Positions 13,575-26,098 of a stretch of 64,000 bases of DNA are shown in pieces. Origin of the DNA: Amphiscolops sp. MND2022 (Eukaryota); assembly GCA_964187785.1 (NCBI GenBank), contig OZ076409.1, forward strand, positions 71,302,001 through 71,366,000, in the 5' to 3' direction. Both the position numbers and the translations under genes were made by a program. Numbering within the stretch: the stretch's first letter is position 1; every line of letters starts with the position of its first letter. The notes beneath the pieces were generated by a model that made no database searches, had not been told where the DNA came from, and saw nothing but the letters and a program-made list of their open reading frames with translations.

Positions 13575-15767
13575 GTGGAGGTTATTTTATAATAATTAAT
13601 GTGTTTTTTTCCGGAGTTTGTGGCTTTGGAAAAAACAAAAGGCGAGAAATCGGGCACTCCGGGCTGAACCGTATACACTCAAATTTCGCCCATTTTTTAT
13701 ACGATCTCGAAACTCAGCCGTACGATTTGGCTGAAAATTTGCATGCGGCTACAAATTGAGATTCTAAGAACTATTTCCTGGTGACATTGTTTTGAAATTT
13801 TTGTGTACGTTTCCCCCCCGCCCCCTAAAGGGGCCAATTTTCCCCACTTTTGCACTTATGAGTCAAATTCTCAAAACTGGTGGATCTGAGCGTATTCCCG
13901 CCGGGGACAACTTTTAACAAGCGCTCCTCAGTAGACCTTCATGACTTTTTACTTTGGTGGTACGTTCACCCCCCGAGGAGGAAATTGCGTTTTTGTGACT
14001 TCCGGTCGAGGCTTTTTTCACCCAAAAATTAGATTTAAGCCAGTTTTGAGCAGGAAGGAGTGGATTTAAAGTGCCTGTACCCTGCTAAAAATTTGTTGGG
14101 CTTGTAGCGATATATCTCATACCAAGTCTGGTTTTCACCCCCAAACCCCCCTTGAGACCAAAATTCACCCAAAGTTTTTTACCTCTGTTTGTAGTTTTTT
14201 TACCGAATATCGTCATTTCCATGGGTAAGGAGTTGAATTAGGGGCTCCTAATAGGGTACCAATGTTCAAGTACACTTGCAGTGCAACTGATTGACCCTTT
14301 TTGGGCCTCTCCTGTGTTCGGCAAGGACCGGAAGCGGTGTAACCCCCCCTTTTTTGACGTTTGTTGACCTTGAGACTCGCGCTTAGATGACGTTTATGTC
14401 GCGCGAATCCTACAAACAAGTATTAGGATGACATGCTAGCCAACTAGAGAGCAGTAAGGGAAACAATATTATACCGGAAGTAACCCCCCGTGACCGGAAG
14501 TTGTCATTTTTGACCGCAAATGGTCCAAAACCTAGCGTAAAAGCAGTTTTTCATTGCTTTTAAAGTCAACTTCTTACATTTTTCAATCTGCGCGAGCTTT
14601 TCTTCAGGTTCGTTTTTGTTGCCAGTGCACAGCAACGAATATACAACTGTAAAATTTTCGCTATAAAATTGTCGGAGAGAGAAATAACGGATTATTTGGA
14701 CTTTTTTTCAAAAATATTAGTCTACATCTGTCATTTTTACCCAATGTTACTCAACAGTAGAACCACAGGTTTTATTCTCTGCCCAAAAATATGCCTAACA
14801 AATTCACCTGTCCCTTTGGTTGCAGTTTGAGCATTCTAGCTTTACCTGGTCACAAGTTAGGGGACTTGAAAAAGTTTCAAAAATTTTTCCGAAAAATTTT
14901 TCTAAACGTCATGTCTCCCAAAGTTAAGAAACTTCCGCACAACTAGGATTACAAGTGAATGCACGTGGTAAGACCTATAATTGGAGAGAAAAATTCAGTT
15001 TGGAACGTCTCTTTATCGTAACGTGACGTTAAGAGAAGTTGCTTTGAATGCGAGCTTGATGAGACGTCGAGAAGTAACAGTGTGTAAATGGAACCTATGT
15101 CTCGACAAATACTCATCGGAATACATGAGATGAACCCCAATTACCCTCAATTTCAGTTGCCTAGTACAACAACGTCTTCCAAGGACCCTTTAATCTTTTT
15201 GATAAGCGTTGAAGTCATCATTAGCTTGAGTTCGCAAGAAACAATTGAGTACATTCTCATCTCTCCCCATCGGGTGAGATGAGAATGTTTTTGCTAAAAG
15301 CCAGGTACTACGGCCCAATTTTGTTTTATTGCGACGCATTCTGTGCTTTAGCACATAGATACTTTCATTCCGTCTCACTTTTTGTATACACTCTGATTTG
15401 TTGTTATAAATTTCTCGTCATTACTTTACATAAACTAATTACCATAAAACTTTAACGTCAAAGCCACATTCATTTAGACGCCCACCATTCCGTAGGTATG
15501 CCGAGGTATGCCATTCAAAGATGTATGTCAAACACAAATGCGATAAAATTAGTGCTGAAAATCGGAAACAGTGACAAACAGTTTTGACTTTTTGATATTT
15601 GTTAGGTTTTCATATGGAACTTACACATCACTGACAATTCAAAACATTCCAGCTGACGCTCACATACAAACATCAACGCCCACCGTCTGTGGGCATGCCG
15701 AGGCATGCCCTTCGACGACGTATAGCAAATTCCTTTAATATCTACACCCAATTGCGGTAGCAGCTAG
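13575..15767 (+). mobile_element. Non-autonomous cassette 7 (type A)
   Basis: Junction-bounded; similar to cassette 2. Confidence 0.75.
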
Positions 15768-18142
15768 GTGGTCGGGGTGTGTTTCCCAGCCAATTTTGCC
15801 GCGCGGGGAGGGACCCGTTCAGCGGCCCAGGTAATTATTTTTTTACATTAAAAAAAACGATACCCCGGAAAGCGATTTCGAAACCCACCCGTAGGATCCC
15901 TCTGAATTTTTGCATACACCTCCGTATAACAGTTCTAAGAAAAAGTCAGCAAGGGCGTTTTCAGTTCTAAACGGGGAATGTTGACCAAAAAGCGCAATTT
16001 ATGTCCAAAAAAATGCAATTTTTCGACTTTTTTATTTTTGACGGCCTACAGCTCTTTTCCAGATGCCCGCCCAAGTCATAAACCGGAAAGAACTTTTGTT
16101 GGGCACTTCGTGGAGAATCTGTAGGGTGATTTTCGTTTCAATCCTATTTCCTGACGTTGACTTATGGTTGGGTGAAAAAACGCAACATTTGTTACAAAAA
16201 GTGCTTTTGGTACTCAAGGGCCCATAACTCGTGACATAATCAATTGAGCAAGTTCGTGTATAATTACGATTTTGTTGCCTATCTATAGGAGAACAAACAA
16301 GCAGATACAAAATTTTCTGTGGGAAATCGTCAAAAAAAGATATCACAGGTTTTATACTCAATAAAACAGTGTGTTTCGGTTATCGTGGAAAAAATGTAAA
16401 ATGGTGGCATTTTTCGGCTGTTCATGGTAGCGGGTATTTTATTGCAGTTATTAACTCACCTCTAGTAGTCATTTACTTGGATGATTTTCACTTTTGATAA
16501 ATTGCATGATAAACTTCATTTTTTGCGTCACCAATATTGACACCCACGATTACAGTCAAATTTTTCGCGTTCACGTTTTTCAATGGATATAACTTTTTTC
16601 CAGTGTGTTTTACGGTTCTCACACAGGAGTGCAAAATTGTTGCCCGTCTTAAATAGAAAGTATATGGTGAGTTTAGAGTAATTTGAAAGGTTTTTGAAAT
16701 GTCCAGAGATGCACAAATTTACAGTTTTTTTGCCCACAAAACACTATTTTACGAAACCCAACACTTTTTGCCAAAAAAGTCAAACTTCGTCCACACAACT
16801 TAGATTGCAAGTGGATGCATGCGAAGAGTACTTGAAATGATGAAAAAAATGAGCTATAAAACGCTCCTTTACGACAACTTGACGTGCACCGAGGATAATT
16901 TGAAAAATCACGAAAAAAAAGAACAACGGTTCCAAAACAATCAGTTTGTAGTTAATGGCCAATAACTCCATACACAACCCTCCGCGCAAGCTAGTGTCCA
17001 AGTACGTTTTTGTTACCCGTGAACAGTGCAACAAGTAAGTAAAGGTAAAACATTATGTTGAATTTCGTCAGTGGAAGAAATAACGTGATTTTATATCACA
17101 TTTGAGTGACAAATTTGAAAAATTAGTCTATTCCGGGCATTTTACCTAAACTTTTTCGACAGTACACATACAGGGGGTAAAATTGGCCAAATATCATGCC
17201 TAACAAAACTATTTGATCCATTGGCCGCAATTTGAGCGTTTCACCTTTCCCAAGTCATAAATTATGGGACTTCGAAAATTTTCAAAATTTCCATTTTTCA
17301 ACAAAATTTCAAATTCGGGCCCCCCAAAGGTAAGAAAGTTCCACACAACTAGGATTGCAAGTGGTTGCATGTGGAAAGTACTCGAACTGACGAGAAAAAT
17401 GGGCTTTAGAACGTCTCTCTATCGTAACCTGACGTTGACTTATGATGTTTTGAATGTGAGATTGCTACGGGGTCGAGAAGTGTAAGTGGAACATATGTCT
17501 CGTTGAAAACTCATCGGAATACATCCAATGAACCCCAATCACCCTCAATTGCAGTTTCCTAGTGCAACAACGTCTGTCAAGGACCTTTTTTGATAAGAGT
17601 CGAAATTATTATTAAATTCAGTTAGCAAGAAACACTTGAGTACATTCTCATCTCTCCCCATCGGGGGAGATGAGAATGTACTTGCAAATTGGCCTCATTT
17701 GTTTTCATGCGAGGCATTCTGTGCTTTGGCACACATAGATAACTTTGTTTTGTCTGTCTTTTTGCATATACTTTAAATTGTCATTAGAAATTTGCCGACT
17801 TTACTTTACGTAAAATTAACTTTCTACCCTGCACCTTTAACGTCAAAGCCACATAAATTTAGACTCCTATCGTCGAAAAACATACCGCGGCATCTTTTTC
17901 GATGACGTATGCCGAAACACAAATGTGAAAAAGTGATGAGATTCAGAAACAGTGACAAAAAATTTTTACTATTTGACATAAGGTAGGTTTTTATATGGAA
18001 CTTACACATCACTGATATTTAATAACAATACAGCTGACGAACACATACCAACATCACCGCCCACCGTCCGTAGGCATGCCGAGGCATGCCTTTCGACGAC
18101 GTATGCCTAATCCACTCCCCGACGCCCCCACTCCGGCCCTAG
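15768..18142 (+). mobile_element. Non-autonomous cassette 8 (type B)
   Basis: Junction-bounded. Confidence 0.75.
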
Positions 18143-20528
18143 GTGGTCGGGGTGTGTTTCCCAGCCGATTTTGCCGCGCGGGGAGGGACCCGTTCAGCGG
18201 CCCAGGTCATTATTTTTTTACATTAAAAAAAACGATACCCCGGAAAGCGATTTCGAAACCCACCCGTAGGATCCCTCTGAATTTTTGCATACACCTCCGT
18301 ATAACAGTTCTAAGAAAAAGTCAGCAAGGGCGTTTTCAGTTCTAAACGGGGAATGTTGACCAAAAAGCGCAATTTATGTCCAAAAAAATGCAATTTTTCG
18401 ACTTTTTTATTTTTGACGGCCTACAGCTCTTTTCCAGATGCCCGCCCAAGTCATAAACCGGAGTAAACTTTTGCTGGGCACTTTGTGAAGAATCTGTAGG
18501 GTGATTTTCGTTTCAATCGTATTTCCTGACGTTGACTTATGGTTGGGTGAAAAAACGCAACATTTGTTACAAAAAGTGCTTTTGGTACTCAAGGGCCCAT
18601 AACTCGTGACATAATCAATTGAGCAAGTTCGTGTATGATTACGATTTTGTTGCCTATCTATAGGAGAACAAACAAGCAGATACAAAATTTTCTGTGGGAA
18701 ATCGTCAAAAAAAGATATCACAGGTTTTATACTCAAAAAAACAGTGTTTTTCGGTTATCGTGGAAAAAATGTAAAATGGTGGCATTTTTCGGCTGTTTAA
18801 GGTAGCGGGTATTTTATTGCAGTTATTAACTCACCTCTAGTAGTCATTTACTTGGATGATTTTCAATTTTGATAAATTACATGATAAACTGCATTTTTTG
18901 CGTCACCAATATTGACACCCACGATTACAGTCACTTTTTTCGCGTTCACGTTTTTGAGTGGATATAACTTTTTTCCAGTGCGTTTTACGGTCTTCATCCA
19001 GGAGCACAAAATTGTTGGCCGTCTTAAGCAGAAAATATATGGTAAGTTTAGAGTCATTTGAAACGTTTTTGAAGTGTCCAGAGATGCACAAATTTACAAT
19101 ATTTTTGCCCACAAAACACTATTTTACGAGACCCAACACTTTTTGCCAAAAAAGTCAAATTTCGTCCACACAACTTAGATTGCAAGTGGATTCATGCGGA
19201 GAGTACTTGAAATGGTGAGAAAAATGAGCTATAGAACGCTCATTTACGACAACCTGACGTGGACTTATGATAATTTGAAAAATTACGAAAATAAAGAACA
19301 ACGGTTCCAAAACAATCAGTTTGTAGTAAATGGCCAATAACTCCATACACAACCCTCCGCGCAAGCTAGTGTCCAAGTACGTTTTTGTTACCCGTGAACA
19401 GTGCAACAAATAAGTAAAAGTAAAACTTTATGTAGAGAATCGTGGGAGAAAGAAATAACGGGATTTTATATCACATTTAAGAGACCAAAGTGAAAAATTA
19501 GTCTATTCCTGGCAATTTACCTAAACTTTTTCGACAATACACATACAGGAGGTAAAATTGGCCCAATATTAAGTCTAACAAAACTATTTGATCCATTGGC
19601 CGCATTTTGAGCGTTCCACCTTTCCCCAGTCATAAATTATGGGACTTCGAAAATTTTCAAAATTTCCATTTTTCAACAAAATTTCAACTTCAGGCGTCCC
19701 AAAGGTAAGAAAGTCCCACACAACTAGGATTGCAAGTGGATGCATGTGAAAAGTACTTGAATAGACGAGAAAAATGGGCTATAGAACGTCTCTCTATCGT
19801 AAGCTGACGTTGACTTATGATGTTTTGAATGTGAGTTTGCTAACGGGTGGAGAAGTCAAAGTGTAAAAGTGGAACATATGTCTCGTCGAAAACTCATCGG
19901 TATACATGCAATGAACCCCAATCACCTTCAATTGCAGTTGACTAGTGAAACAACGTCTGTCAAGGACATTTTTTGATAAGTGTCGATATCATTATTAAAT
20001 TCAGTTAGCAAGAAACTCTTGGGTACATTCTCATCTCTCCCCATCGGGGGAGATGAGAATGTACTTGCTAAAACGTTCTCCGTTGTTTTCATGCGAGACA
20101 TTATGGGCTCTGGCAAATAGATAGATAACTTTAATTCGTCTGACTTTCTGATAAACGTTGACTTGTCATTAAGTTTCCCGTCGTTACTTTACGCAACATA
20201 AACTCTCTACCATTCACCTTTAAATTCAAAGCCACATAGATTTAGAATGCAATGATCGAAAAACATACCGAGGCATGTTTTCGACGACATTTGCCGAAAT
20301 ACAAACGCGAAGAAAACACTGAGAGATTCAGAAACAGTGACAACCACTTCTGACTTTTTGACATATGGTATGTTTTTATATGGAACTTACACATCAATGA
20401 TATTTCGCAACATTCCAGCTGACGCCAACCTACCAACATCAACGCCCACTGTCCGTGGGCATGCCGAGGCATGCCCTTCGACGACGTATAGCAAATCCAC
20501 CCCTCCGACGCCCCCGCCGTCCCCCTAG
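18143..20528 (+). mobile_element. Non-autonomous cassette 9 (type B)
   Basis: Junction-bounded. Confidence 0.75.
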
Positions 20529-23064
20529 GTGGTCGGGGTGTGTTTCCCAGCCGTTTTTGCCGCGCGGGGAGGGACCCGTTCAGCGGCCCTGGTAATTCAA
20601 AATGTACATTCAAAAATGGACCATGTTAAAAGCGATTTCGAAACCCACCCGTAGGATCCCTCTGATTTTTTGCATGCACCTCCGTATAACAGATGTAAGA
20701 TAAAGTCAGCAAGGGCGTTTTCAGTTCTAAACGGGGAATGTTGACCAAAAAGCGCAATTTATGTCCAAAAAAATGCAATTTTTCGACTTTTTTATTTTTG
20801 ACGGCCAACAGCTCTTTTCCAGATACCCGCCCAAGTCATAAACCGGAGCAAACTTTTGTTGGGCACTTCGTGAAGAATCTTTAGGGTGATTTTCGTTTCA
20901 ATCCTATTTCCTGACGTTGACTTATGGTTGAGTGAAAAAACGCAACATTTGTAACAAAAAGTGCTTTTGGTACTCAAGGGTCCATAACTCGTAACATATT
21001 CAATTGAGCAAGTTTGTGTTCTCTAACGATTTTGTTGCCTATCTATAGGAGAACAAACAAGCAGGAACAAAATTTTCTGTGGGAAATCTTCAAAAAAAGA
21101 TATCACAGGTTTTATACTCAATAAAACAGTGTTTTCCGGTTATCGTGGAAAAAATGTAAAATGGTGGCATTTTTCGGCTTTTTAAGGTAGCGGGTATTTT
21201 ATTGCAGTTATTAACTCACCTCTAGTAGTCATTTTTTTGGATGATTTTCACTTTTGATAAATTGCATGATAAACTTCATTTTTTGCGTCACCAATATTGA
21301 CACCCACGATTACAGTCAAATTTTTCGCGTTCACGTATTTGAGTGGATATAACTTTTTTCCAGTGCGCTTTACGGTCCTCACACAGGAGGGCAAAATTGT
21401 TGCCCGTCCTAAACAGAAGGTATATGGTGAGTTTAGAGTAATTTGAAACGTTTTTGGAATGTCCACAGATGCACAAATTTACAGTTTTTTTGCCCACAAA
21501 ACACTATTTTACGAAACCCAACACTTTTTGCCAAAAAAGTCAAACTTCGTCCACACAACTTAGATTGCAAGTGGATGCATGCGAAGAGTACTTGAATTGA
21601 CGAGAAAAATGAGCTAAAGAACGCTCATTTACGACAACTTGACGTGGACTTAGAATAGTTTAAAAAATCACGAAAAAAAAAGAACAACGGTTCCAAAACA
21701 ATCAGTTTGTAGTTAATGGCCAATAACTCCATACACAACCCTCCGGGCAAGCTAGTGTCCAAGTACGTTTTTGTTACCCGTGGACAGTGCAACAAATAAG
21801 TAAAAGTAAAACTTTATGTAGGAAAACGTCGGAAAAAGAAATAACGGGATTTTACATCACATTAAAGTGACAAAATAGAAAAATTAGTCTAACCCTGGCA
21901 TTTTACCTAATTTTTTTTCGACAGTACACACACAGGGGGTACAATCTGCTCAAAATTGTGCCTACTAAAACTAATTGATCCATTGGCCGCAAATTGTGCG
22001 TTCTAGTTTTCCCATTCAAAAATTATGCGACTTCGAAAATTTTCAAAATTTTCTTTTTTCAACAAAATTTCAACTTCAGGCCTCCCAAAGGTAAGAAAGT
22101 CCCACACAACTAGGATTACAAGTGAATGCATGTGGAAAGTACTCAAATAGACGAGAAAAATGGGCTTTAGAACGTATCTCTATCGTAACCTGACGTTGAC
22201 TTATGATGTTTTGAATGTGAGCTTGTTAAGGGGTCGAGAAGTCAAAGTGTGTAAGTGGAACATATGTCTCGTCGAAAACTCATCGGAACACTTGTAATGA
22301 ACCCCAATTACCCTCAATTTCAAATTCCTAGGCCCACAACGTCAGTCAAGGACTTCGATGACAGAGCACAAAACTGAAAATGAGACCAATTCCTCGAGTG
22401 ACTTATTGCGAATCCAGCGTGTGAACATTGATTGAACTATGACAAGACAGGAACTTTTCAAGTCAGCGCTCCGCTCAAGGCTCAAGAATATTAGAGGTTT
22501 CAAAATATACTCGAAGCGTTTTTGAGAGGAATCTCTCATATATAAGTGTACCTAAAAATACCCAAAAGAACCCTTTCTTTCTCGGAAAACGCTTTTATAA
22601 AACTGAAAATATCAAAGAAAAACCGAATACAGGAAAATAAAATTTTCAAAAATTTGATCTTGAATAGTTTCCAGGATACGGTAAAGACTATGAAAACTCA
22701 CACGAAGTATCCTTTAGGCTCCTTGGCTTACTTCGGCATACTTTAGAACTTGAGCGTAAAGTCTGGAAAAAATGACTCTTTCAGTGTGAGTTCTGTGGTC
22801 TCAAAAAAAAACTGTTGCGTCTGTAAAAATTAGGCACTTTTTGTTACAAAATTTGAAAATGAGCAGATTTTGAAAAATCTTATGTCCCAAACGGTCAATC
22901 CATTACATAAGAACAAGTCTATGTCGAAACAATATTATACAAAAACGTGCAAAAGATCTTGATAGTTGTTCAGGTGCATCTACTCACATTAACTGTATTA
23001 ATTCAGGACCACTTACTTCAACTGTTGCCGTTCTTGGTCCTTTCTTATCTTCCCCGTTTCCTTT

Positions 23065-23197
23065 AATGCATGGCACGAATCATGGCATGGATCTATGCAA
23101 GGCATGACACGATCATGCATGGTCATGGCAATCATGGCATGATGATGACATGATCAGACATGCGTTTCATGAATCATGACATGATCATGCCATGAGT
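23065..23197. repeat. CATG-rich low-complexity tract
   Basis: Dense CATG/CATGAT/CATGG units. Confidence 0.7.
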
Positions 23198-23567
23198 TAG
23201 TGTTCAAAAGCAATGGGAAGAAATTGTGGTAACCCATAACTCATAAAGTCAGTTTAAAAAGTTTTTATCTTGAGAAAAGCAACACAATAATAAGAAAAAT
23301 GTAGATAAGTCTTTGATATCCCAAAGTACAGACAAAGTAAAAACAAAAAATATGGACAGAAGGCGTAATTTATGGATGTTGGACCACCTGAAACAAAGTT
23401 CTTCAACTTTTTAGCTTCGCTCTTGTTCGATAAAAAAAGCTGTTAGATAAAAAACGCCCCCGAAAAAACCTGCCATTGGAAGAAATCAGAATAACGCCAA
23501 AATAAATAATTCGAATGGTTTTTATCATAGGACGTTTTTCCTCGGGCATTTCTCCCTAAACCGGGTT

Positions 23568-23700
23568 GATCTTCTTACTAGCATCTTGGCTGTCTTGGCA
23601 AGATCTTGCCAAACTCCTACTACATCTTGGCAGCCATGGATCCTTTGGTAAGATTCCTATTAAGATCTTACTAAGATAATACTTATTCCAAGATCGTATC
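23568..23700. repeat. Degenerate (AAGATCTT/ATCTTGG)-type low-complexity tract
   Basis: Repeated ATCTTGGC and AAGATC motifs. Confidence 0.5.
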
Positions 23701-25501
23701 ATATCACGATGGACAAAATTTTAGGATTAGAAAAAACATTATACCTTCGGTACAAGCAGCTGAGACTCAATCTAAAAGCTCATTTCACCCAACAACGACT
23801 ATTTCTACTCGTTTTCATAATCAAAATGCTTAAACCTGCTGAAAAAATTTTGCATGCAAAAAAGCGTGAAAAATTACGATAACGTATTCTGGCGTACGAA
23901 AATAACTCAGACAGTTGCATAACATTCTCAACGACATTCTGCTTCACAGACTCTAACTTCTGCATATCACATTCTTTCAAATGTATGTTGAAAAACGTCG
24001 TGAAACTAATAGCTTTTTGTCTAAGATTTTGAGACATCGGCGGACTTGAAAACAAAAACACGTTCGTTTAGGAATCTGCTATCAAATCAATATATTAAGG
24101 TCTCTTTTGTTAAATAAATTTCGTTTAGACTCTTTCAAGCCTGTAACAATTCGAAATACCATGCCTTCCAATAGGCCAAATTCTGATCAAGAGTAATTCT
24201 ACAAAGAAAACTAAAAATTCATGGCCTTTGTTACTTCCATTGTTCGAAATACAATGGACAGAAACTGTAGGAAGGCGAGGTATCCATGGTTATCGGAAAC
24301 ACCTTCTTCTTCCAGGTTTCTTCTTCTTTATGATTTTTCAAAAATTAACCAATGCACATCGAAAAACATCGAAAATACATGGAAAACAAAAATACTCGAA
24401 AAACGTGGGCAATACGGAATAGCGACGACTGATTTCAAGCAGCAACTCATATGGAATCAAAAAATGACAGCTCATATCAGACGGTAATTCATTTATATCA
24501 AATAGTACGGGTGCAACGAACATCAAATACGGTCCAAGAGACGACAGAATTTCAGAAAAATGCCAGTAGGGAACCCGGGCCGATTAAACAACTGAACAAG
24601 ATGATATATCTTAGATGAAAACTTTGACACGGCCAATAATTGAACTTGTGACTTAACAAAACATAATCATAAAAAGATGGAGGCTGAAAAAATTGTTTGA
24701 AAACTGGTTCAATTATTCATTCAACATATTACGAGCTTCGATTGAGCCTAAGTTGAAAGGAAACGACTGAAACTAATTTTCAGAAAAAGAATTAAAAAGC
24801 GACATCATGTTTCACCTAATTGAGCCAAAATAGACATGTTTGCAAATGGACGCCAGTCTCGAACAAGAAGCTGCATCCCATCAGATTCCTACTACACTGC
24901 TTACCGCTTCAAAGTATCATAATTACCTGGGTTTGGAAATCCCTACTTTAATTGAGTATCATTTCACTTTTTTTGCGTTGTTCTACATACAATTGTCACT
25001 GGAAACCTTTTGATTAAGTTGTGATACTGAAATGAATAGCCGAGTTAATGATATAAGCCAATACTTCCGGCTACTACATTACAATTGCTAAAATGAATCA
25101 ACAATTAAATAATTTTCTCTAAACATTTACTCTAAAGATTTTTCTATTTCAAGAATTAGTGTATACAATATAAGTGAATTAAAATCTAACTACCTCAAAC
25201 GGTGAAAAAGTATTAGCTGTTTCGTAACGTTTCGTCGCAATCGAGTCTGTCTTCATAAAGAAGTAAAAAAGCAAGATGGGAACGTCTAAAATCGACGCTA
25301 TGTCTATTGCTTTAACCGGACTGTTCATTCATCATTTCATCCCACATTCATCCTGGAGGTATCCTTGGTAAAAAAAGAAAAAAAACATATTCACTAAAAC
25401 GTTATATCCAAACTTCGAAAATGTTACATCCGAACTTTGATGTAAAATGCATGGGAATTTTATTAGAAAAATCTAAAATGGAAACTAAGAGTGTTAGACG
25501 A

Positions 25502-25731
25502 TTTTTAATGGCATATTTGGACTCGTACAGACGGCGAGTCAGACCGAGCTCGAATGCACAGACTCCACTTGGTTCATCATGTGATGACTCTGGAGCCCCA
25601 ACTACATGAAATCACTACTGTATTGAAGCAGTTGGGGCTCCATAGTCATCACATGATGAACCAAGTGGAGTCTGTGCATTCGAGCTCGGCCTGACTCGCC
25701 TTCTATACGACTCCAAATATGCTATTAAAAA
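25502..25731. repeat. Long inverted repeat (foldback) 1, ~102 bp arms, ~26 nt loop
   Basis: Left arm 25502-25603 is the reverse complement of 25630-25731 with a few mismatches. Confidence 0.9.
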
Positions 25732-25806
25732 CTTGCTACGAGCATTGCATAAGAAGTTTGATATTCAACACAATAACTATTTAATCCTTTTAAAATATTT
25801 GCAATA

Positions 25807-25984
25807 CAGTAAACCCTCGATTATCCGCCACTCGATTATCCGCCACCTTTGGTCAACCGCCACAAATCTACGGGGACATTTTGCTATAACACCCGTGTTT
25901 AAGCTCCCTTGATTAACCGCCACTCTCACTTATCCGCCATAATTCGCGGTGGACCGATGATGGCGGATAATCGAGGATTTACTG
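25807..25984. mobile_element. 178-bp MITE, Tc1/mariner/pogo type
   Basis: 24-bp TIRs CAGTAAA(C/T)CCTCGATTATCCGCCA with one mismatch, TA on both sides (25805-25806, 25985-25986), internal ATTATCCGCCA-like subrepeats. Confidence 0.85.
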
Positions 25985-26098
25985 TATAATATATAATATA
26001 TATATGATATAATAAAGATGATATAATATATATGACGTAATATATATGATATAATATATATGATATGAACTATATAATATAAAAAATAATAATATAGA
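25985..26098. repeat. TA/ATA-rich microsatellite-like tract
   Basis: TATAATATATATGATA-type repeats next to the MITE. Confidence 0.7.

Noticed and set aside
586..20528. CRISPR array (palindromic repeat plus ~35 nt variable segment)
   Set aside because: Repeats are 1.3-2.4 kb apart, variable segments are related to one another, no cas genes, and the context is eukaryotic
688..22350. Many 60-150 aa ORFs recurring in the cassettes
   Set aside because: They recur only because the DNA is repeated; frames break between copies and show no recognisable domains
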